Shown: positions 25,054 to 32,000 of the stretch, piece by piece
Layout of the letters: the number at the start of each line of letters is the position of its first letter
Position numbering within the stretch: the stretch's first letter is position 1
DNA from: Planctopirus limnophila DSM 3776
GTDB taxonomy: Bacteria > Planctomycetota > Planctomycetia > Planctomycetales > Planctomycetaceae
Direction: 5' to 3'
DNA length: 32,000 nucleotides
Assembly: GCF_000092105.1 (NCBI RefSeq)
Contig: NC_014148.1
Coordinates: forward strand, 3,570,001-3,602,000
Program-made: the position numbers and the translations under genes
The notes under the pieces: model-generated
What the model was told of the DNA's origin: nothing
Database searches by the model: none
The model's input: only the letters and a program-made list of their open reading frames with translations

Positions 25054-25644
25054 ATGGAAATTACCGAGATTCGCATCAAGCTCATGGATGATCCCAGCGA
25101 GCGGTTGCAGGCCTTTTGTTCGATCACGCTTGATGGATGTTTTGTCATTCGTGATTTGAAAATCATCCAAGGGACGCGCGGCTCTTTTGTCGCCATGCCC
25201 AGCCGCAAATTGATGGATCGCTGCCCCAGATGCTCATGTAAAAATCATTTAAGAGCACGATTCTGCAACGATTGCGGTTGTGAACTTCACGAAGAACGCG
25301 CCAACAAAGCGGATGATGGCCGCGCTAAGCTCTACGCCGATATCGCCCATCCCATCAACTCCGAATGCCGCGAACGCATTCAAGCGAACGTGATTGTGGC
25401 CTACTCGCTGGAACTTGAGAAAGCCAAGCTCCCGGGTTACGTCTGTACTTACGACGACTTTGGCGAAGAGAACTACGCCACCAGTGTCGAAGAAATTACC
25501 TACACCCCGATGGTCCCCCACTCGGCAACCACATCAACTGCCACAGCCACCTCTTCAACAGCTACCACCAGCCGGCCACGCCATACCTTCGTTAATCGCG
25601 TCGCTCAACTCGAAGAAGAGGGCTTTGGCTCCGGTCTCGTCTAA
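25054..25644 (+). CDS. spoVG: SpoVG-family protein with an inserted CxxC...CxxC zinc ribbon and a low-complexity C-terminal tail
   Basis: [13 protein letters not shown]...[35 protein letters not shown] ... [17 protein letters not shown] is canonical SpoVG. GAGGAG lies 8 nt upstream of the ATG at 25054. Confidence 0.88.
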   Translation: MEITEIRIKLMDDPSERLQAFCSITLDGCFVIRDLKIIQGTRGSFVAMPSRKLMDRCPRCSCKNHLRARFCNDCGCELHEERANKADDGRAKLYADIAHPINSECRERIQANVIVAYSLELEKAKLPGYVCTYDDFGEENYATSVEEITYTPMVPHSATTSTATATSSTATTSRPRHTFVNRVAQLEEEGFGSGLV

Positions 25645-25796
25645 TGACAATGATCTCGAATTCCACTCGTTGATCGAACTGTTCTTACACGCTTTCCATG
25701 AAAAATGGCGATCTGTGTGCCATGCTTGCAGCTTTGGGCAAGCATGCCTTCGCGACCAACAACGTGTAGTTGTTTCCTTGGAACTGTTCTTACAAC

Positions 25797-25834
25797 AAAA
25801 CACCCGGCTGCATGACGCAGTCGGGTGTTTTTTA
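25797..25834. terminator. Bidirectional intrinsic terminator between spoVG and the convergent lipoprotein gene
   Basis: Stem acacccggctgc / gcagtcgggtgt (one mismatch) with a 5-nt loop. T6 follows on + and an A-run precedes it. Confidence 0.75.
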
Positions 25835-25917
25835 CTTTGCATGGCTGTTTGGGATCTGCAAAGAACCTCAGCCAGGACTTGTTCAATCCACCAGTAATCT
25901 CTCGAAACAGAGCTTCC

Positions 25918-27813
25918 CTACTTCACCACAAAGTTAATGCTGCTGCTGGTGACTCGACCCGAAAGCTCATCATGGACCGTCAACTTCAGTGAGTGCGGGC
26001 CCAGTGGCATCTTCTCGGGAATCGTGAACTGGTAATTGTGGAAGTAATCTCGCCGTTCATTACGGCACAAATCTTCTGTTGGTGGGAACTCGATCTGATG
26101 CCGGATTTCACCAGCGGGGCTGATGATGTCAATCTTGGAGCGAAGGAGTGTTCGATACTGGCCTTCCGGTGTCAGTTCACTCTGGAAATTCTCCGCCTCG
26201 GCATAAACCAGCACTTCCTGCCCGGGTCGGAATTCATCGCGTGGGAACTTCTCGTAGTTGCCAAAGTACCAGATCTGCTTGCAGAAACAGACATTGCGAA
26301 GCTCCAGTCGAGCCATCTGTTTGAGCTTGGAAACACCCGCCTGGAATTGGGCCACTGCCTGGCTGGCGCGATCAGCCGTCTGTGGAATCTGCTTGCTGTC
26401 AAAGTAATTCGATAACCCCCAGAGCATCTGCTGCCAGAACTCCTGTTCGGAGGCGGAAATACCGGGAATTGCCGCCATCGCCCGCTCTGGTCGATCAGCC
26501 ATCAGATATAACAACCGCAGATAAACGTGCTGGCGCAGGTAGTAATCGCGACTCTCGGGCGATTCCCCGCGTGTTAACAGGTTGACGGAAGCTTCCGTCT
26601 GGCTAATGAGTTGATCGAGCGAATCACCCCCGGCAGAACTGAAACCCGGTTGGGAACTACCAACACTGGAACTCCCCGTGGCTGAGACTCTGGTCACAGG
26701 TGACTGAACCACACCAAACTTTCCGGCTGGCCCTAATGTCGCATGAGCAGCCGGTGCGGAAGTATTCCGGGAAGCGGTCTGATTCGTGACAGATTCCTGA
26801 TAACTTTGTGGCTGAATCGGTCCAGAGGTTCCCGAGGTTTGATCGGAAGAGGTTTGATCCACCCGATAGAATGCACTTTGCGCTCGTTCTTTTGTTCCCG
26901 CAGCCACCTCATGGCGAGCCTGCTCAACTCCCATGCCGGAAGCCGGCTGGTGAGCTTCGAGGTCACGATGCTGGGCCAGTTGTATCGCTGAACGCCTGGA
27001 GCGCTGCAGATCATCCGGGCCACCTCTTGTCCCGGCTCCGTTTTCTGTTTCGCTATTTGCCCAGGGCGAGGCATTCCCCATGCCACTGTTCGCTGCTTGA
27101 GGTTTTTGCGTATTGGTCGAATGCCCCCATGCGGGTGCAGAACCTTGAGGTAAGCCTGATCCCTGAGCAGAGGCGACACCGTCAGCCCAGGGTGGATTTC
27201 CCGGTGGATTCGCTTCGGATTGCCGGGCGGTGAGCTGCAATGACATTCGGCGAGCCTGCAGAATCTGAGGCACAACGGCTGGATCGACCTTCTTGAGCTG
27301 GTCGTACCAATAAGCCCGTTCTTCCGCATTCGCACCCGCTAATTCCTGATCGATCAGCTTTAAAGTGGCAGGAGACATTCCTCCCGCTCCCGTTGCAGAA
27401 GAACTGCCCGCATCGACATTCTTCGCGACTGAATGCTGGGCCGATGGTGCAGGCTCGATGGGCATCTCCGGCGCTGCCGAAGTTGTCACCTTCTGGCTGC
27501 GAGAGGCCTGAAACGGCGATTCAGCAGGATCAGTTTTGGCTTCAAGAGGTCCATCGGCTTTGGCCAGGAGCTTCTCAGGATCGACGATCTTGACAGGGCT
27601 CGATGACTTTTTCTCGACTGGATCTGTCTTCGCTGAAGTCACACTCTTTTCATTCGACGGCTGCTTTTCCGGCTTGTTCCAAACCAGGCGCGGCCCACCC
27701 GTGGTGTTGCAACCCACAGGCAAAATCAGACATCCGAAACACACCAACCAGGCAGCACCCCACACCCTTTGGCGCGGGTTCAAGGCATCCTGGTTTGAAG
27801 GCTTCTGGAACAT
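25918..27813 (-). CDS. Large lipoprotein: lipobox, about 400 aa disordered S/T/P/G/Q-rich region, and a folded C-terminal domain of about 220 aa
   Basis: MFQKPSNQDALNPRQRVWGAAWLVCFGCLILPVGC (lipobox LPVGC) from the ATG at 27813. C-terminus: YYLRQHVYLRLLYLMADRPERA...NVCFCKQIWYFGNYEKF...LKLTVHDELSGRVTSSSINFVVK. I recognised no family. Confidence 0.6.
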   Translation of the reverse strand: MFQKPSNQDALNPRQRVWGAAWLVCFGCLILPVGCNTTGGPRLVWNKPEKQPSNEKSVTSAKTDPVEKKSSSPVKIVDPEKLLAKADGPLEAKTDPAESPFQASRSQKVTTSAAPEMPIEPAPSAQHSVAKNVDAGSSSATGAGGMSPATLKLIDQELAGANAEERAYWYDQLKKVDPAVVPQILQARRMSLQLTARQSEANPPGNPPWADGVASAQGSGLPQGSAPAWGHSTNTQKPQAANSGMGNASPWANSETENGAGTRGGPDDLQRSRRSAIQLAQHRDLEAHQPASGMGVEQARHEVAAGTKERAQSAFYRVDQTSSDQTSGTSGPIQPQSYQESVTNQTASRNTSAPAAHATLGPAGKFGVVQSPVTRVSATGSSSVGSSQPGFSSAGGDSLDQLISQTEASVNLLTRGESPESRDYYLRQHVYLRLLYLMADRPERAMAAIPGISASEQEFWQQMLWGLSNYFDSKQIPQTADRASQAVAQFQAGVSKLKQMARLELRNVCFCKQIWYFGNYEKFPRDEFRPGQEVLVYAEAENFQSELTPEGQYRTLLRSKIDIISPAGEIRHQIEFPPTEDLCRNERRDYFHNYQFTIPEKMPLGPHSLKLTVHDELSGRVTSSSINFVVK

Positions 27814-28279
27814 CTCAAATCCATTTGTTTTCAGGCGGGAAATCCTGATTTCGAAATCGCTGCAAAAGCGATCTCTCAAGCCGATGGAAATGCATCAAAC
27901 GCACTTCATCACTTGAGTGACAAGATTCTTCGATTGTTGGAAGGCGTTAAAAACAGTTGACTGATGCCCGGGATGTCCAACAGCAGATTTCAAGATTGCT
28001 GAGCGACTTTGGCACCAGACCATACAAGGCGGGAAGGTCAATTGAGTTGAAAGCAAGGCCACGCGAATAAATCGCAAAGAAACAAATTAACGAGATGTGA
28101 AGTGAAGAGAAGTGATTGATGGCGAGAAGGGACAGACTTCGTAATGGTCGACTGCCAGAAATAGATCATCCGGGCAATCGACCATGAGAAGAAGTAATTC
28201 AGGGAGATGTAATTCAGTCTGAAAAGTTCAGCAACCCCAAAAAATTGACCAGGAAAAACTGCTTAAATAGTGCCTGAAT

Positions 28280-29308
28280 CTAAGGGGTTTCGGCAGCTTT
28301 CTCGGGAGGTGGGCCAGCAACTCGCCGGCGCGGAGGATCCAGAAATCGATAACCCGTGTTCGGATTGTTCGCGTCATAGGCATAAGCCTCATGATGATCC
28401 AGAAACAGCTTCAAATAAGCGGCAGGAATGGCAAATCCGAGCCCTTCAGCAAACAACAGCTTCATATTGGTCACACCGACCACTTCACCCCGGCTATTAA
28501 AAAGTGGCCCACCACTATTGCCAGGATTAATATCTGCTGTCGTCTGAATATAGACCAGGCCTTTGACATTGCGGTTACGCGTACTCACAATCCCCTGCGA
28601 AACAGAGCGTTCCAGCCCGAGGGGATTTCCAATGGCAAAAACTTCATCTCCTTCACGCTCATCATCAGCTTCAGTGAGATAGACCGGCTTAAACTTCAAA
28701 TCGTCCTGCTTAGGGATCTCCAACAGGGCCAGATCAAAAAACGGGTTGAGGGCCACAATCCGCACGTTATCGATCCGACGCCTCGCAAATTCCCCACCAG
28801 CTGCCTGATGAAAAATCGTGACCGCAATACGCGTCTCTTTTTCGATGACATGGCAGTTCGTCACACAAAATCCACGGTCATTGATGATAAAGCCCGAGCC
28901 CAATCCTCCCGGCGTCTGGACCAGCACCACACCTTCACCATACTTTTGAGACAGATCCTTAATGCTCGCACGGGGCAACTCGGCTGTCTGATACAACTTT
29001 TTCGTCTGTCCCGGAAGCGGTGTATTAACAGATGCCGCCCCTTCCGCCTTGATCACTTCCCGCCGGCGGATCTGATTCAGCGGAATCTTCACGATATCCA
29101 CGCCAATATCCAGGTAGAGGGCTCCGTCCTGTTCTTTCAGAACATCCCCTTCGAGCTTCTGTCCCGTCCGCAGTTCAATCACCTCACCAGCACTGACCAG
29201 TGGCAATGAACTCGACACGAAGGCAACCGCCAGACTCATCACCCATAAGGCTCGTCTCAGCGTCAGGATTTGTGGGCGACTCGCAACTAAAGTCTGCATG
29301 TTCTTCAT
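28280..29308 (-). CDS. Secreted trypsin-like serine protease (S1C/HtrA-like catalytic domain, no PDZ)
   Basis: Signal peptide [24 protein letters not shown]. Catalytic triad contexts VTNCHVIE (His), DLALLEI (Asp) and [11 protein letters not shown] (Ser). ATG at 29308, with an alternative at 29299. Confidence 0.85.
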   Translation of the reverse strand: MKNMQTLVASRPQILTLRRALWVMSLAVAFVSSSLPLVSAGEVIELRTGQKLEGDVLKEQDGALYLDIGVDIVKIPLNQIRRREVIKAEGAASVNTPLPGQTKKLYQTAELPRASIKDLSQKYGEGVVLVQTPGGLGSGFIINDRGFCVTNCHVIEKETRIAVTIFHQAAGGEFARRRIDNVRIVALNPFFDLALLEIPKQDDLKFKPVYLTEADDEREGDEVFAIGNPLGLERSVSQGIVSTRNRNVKGLVYIQTTADINPGNSGGPLFNSRGEVVGVTNMKLLFAEGLGFAIPAAYLKLFLDHHEAYAYDANNPNTGYRFLDPPRRRVAGPPPEKAAETP

Positions 29309-29403
29309 GTTTTCAGCCTGATTCGTCTGATGAAATATGACGCTCACTGCTCACTCCAACCACGCAGCCACCAGAATGCCATGAATAGAATTACGTCGCC
29401 AGA

Positions 29404-30591
29404 TCACGAATCCGCAAAACGATAATCATTATGGCAATCCGAACAGGTCTTGTTCACTTTATCGAGAGCCTGCTGGAACTTGCCAAAATCCATTTCCTTG
29501 GCAGCACTCGATGCGTCTCTGGAGGCATTAATCATATTCTGAGCATGTTTCTTATAGTCATCTTCTTCGCCTGAATCGTAAGTCGAGTCAGCAGCCACGA
29601 CCGACAGTGCCAGCAAAACGATCGTTTCATGCTGCACCGTCTCCTGCTCGGATTTGAGTTTACCCTCAGTTGTGATGTTGCTTTTGAGCCAGTCAAACGC
29701 CTTCTGCATGCGGACCATCACCCCCGCGCGACTGGCCGACTCGCCGAACGTCTTTTTCTCTTCCGCGTTCCCCACATCGGGTGGAACACTCCCCGAAAGG
29801 ACAGATGTCAGTTTTTCAAACACAGCCGTCGTTTTGTCAAAACCTTCTTTACCGAGTGCCTTCGACGATTCGCGCAACTGCCCGCCCAGTTCACGGACAA
29901 ACTTGGCGTTGGCCTTCCACGACAGATCATCCGGGTGTCGCTCAACGATTGCCCCCAGTGCCGCAATCACGGCACCATCCGCCTGAATATCCTTGTAGTT
30001 CCCCGAATAGGTGCCAGCCGATTGCAATTGTTGCGTCAGTCGGTTCCGGATGCGTTTCATTTCATCCTGAAGTTCATCCGAACTGATGGTCTGCTTCCAA
30101 TCGACACTGCCCCCTGCTGCGACAGCTGGCGATGCGGCGGCAGGTGCTGCCGGAGTGACCGCAGGGGCAGCCGTATTATTCGCCTGTGCCATTGCTGGAG
30201 CAGGATTCGCTGCACCAGTGCTCTGATTATTCGCTGCGATCGCCAGCGGATCATCAAACCAGACATCGTAAGGAATATCCCCCAGCCACTTCCTGCCCCC
30301 AGCCGACTTAATTGCACCTTCTTCAGGCCGTTGTTCGGAAGCATTGCTCTGAGCGACAGTCGATCCCTGGTTGGTGGCTTGAGCCGGCACTGCCGTCTGT
30401 ACTGGAGCGGCTGTCCCTTCGGGTGTGGCTGGTGCTCGGGAACCGCATCCCGTACTCGTGAATATCGCGAGGCTTGCCACAGTCAGACCGACTGACAGTG
30501 AAAAATGACGTTTGAACCATCGGGAACTGTCCCGCCAGCCGGATGACTGCTGCATAGATGCGACACTTTTTTGTAAATCGAGAGACGTCAT
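29404..30591 (-). CDS. Lipoprotein with a C-terminal class II cytochrome c (cytochrome c'-like four-helix bundle) domain
   Basis: Lipobox LAIFTSTGC. Ala/Pro-rich linker NTAAPAVTPAAPAAASPAVAAGG. Heme motif at the extreme C-terminus KTCSDCHNDYRF, as in Cytochrom_C_2 proteins. Alternative ATG at 30555. Confidence 0.55.
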   Translation of the reverse strand: MTSLDLQKSVASMQQSSGWRDSSRWFKRHFSLSVGLTVASLAIFTSTGCGSRAPATPEGTAAPVQTAVPAQATNQGSTVAQSNASEQRPEEGAIKSAGGRKWLGDIPYDVWFDDPLAIAANNQSTGAANPAPAMAQANNTAAPAVTPAAPAAASPAVAAGGSVDWKQTISSDELQDEMKRIRNRLTQQLQSAGTYSGNYKDIQADGAVIAALGAIVERHPDDLSWKANAKFVRELGGQLRESSKALGKEGFDKTTAVFEKLTSVLSGSVPPDVGNAEEKKTFGESASRAGVMVRMQKAFDWLKSNITTEGKLKSEQETVQHETIVLLALSVVAADSTYDSGEEDDYKKHAQNMINASRDASSAAKEMDFGKFQQALDKVNKTCSDCHNDYRFADS

Positions 30592-30845
30592 GGAAATGTG
30601 ACACTCAGCCAAAATGACTTGATTCAGGTTCAATCCTCTTGAGTATGACCCGCCCACACTCAGGCAGCAAGAACAGACTGGTTGGATCACCGATTTGGTT
30701 TTTCTCCCAGCATTGGCCGGACGCTCGATTCAGGTTCTCTCATTGCTGCGAAATGCACGAACAATTCCAGAGAGCTCAAACGTCTCTTCCTGATTGGACG
30801 CGGCGAAGAGACCTGAAGTTCCGCAAGATCTTCAAGGATGATTCT

Positions 30846-32000
<1,155 letters not shown>

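Noticed and set aside
25698-25769. 23-codon ORF (MKNGDLCAMLAALGKHAFATNNV) downstream of spoVG.
   Set aside because: It is too short to evaluate, has no clear SD, and its centre is the 9-bp hairpin. It is noted only within the structured 3' region finding.
30621-30737. 11-bp direct repeat gattcaggttc at 30621 and 30727, in and upstream of the cytochrome c'-like gene start.
   Set aside because: An 11-mer repeat within about 100 bp is expected roughly once by chance in 32 kb. One copy may also lie in coding sequence.

Overview
The window looks like ordinary core chromosome from a mid-GC bacterium. Protein styles suggest Planctomycetota: lipoproteins with long disordered linkers, a zinc-ribbon SpoVG, and many PAS/REC signalling proteins. 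That assignment is an inference only. I support about 21 protein-coding genes. On the + strand: a TPR-like fragment, an ATP-grasp-like protein, a secreted double SPOR-like protein, cysI-type sulfite reductase, a GAF-HlyD adaptor, a DUF721/DciA-like protein, an MsbA-like ABC exporter, ispE and spoVG. On the - strand: a CusS/CusR-like two-component pair; a hybrid His-kinase/Hpt followed by a REC-fused RsbW-type kinase and a STAS protein; a DegT-family aminotransferase; argB-argD-argF; and a run of MoxR ATPase, cytochrome c'-like lipoprotein, PDZ-less S1 protease and a large lipoprotein. I saw no rRNA, tRNA, CRISPR array, transposase, integrase or phage gene. Several intrinsic terminators and short exact repeats or palindromes sit in the intergenic regions. 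I cannot point to an unambiguous novel system. The best candidates are: (1) the phosphorelay-gated partner-switching module at 10046-15386; (2) SpoVG with an inserted zinc ribbon; (3) the orphan GAF-HlyD adaptor followed by a roughly 450-bp gene-free gap containing a long-stem structured element; (4) the MoxR-led envelope gene run, which lacks the usual DUF58/VWA partners. All functional calls rest on motifs read by eye, with no searches run.
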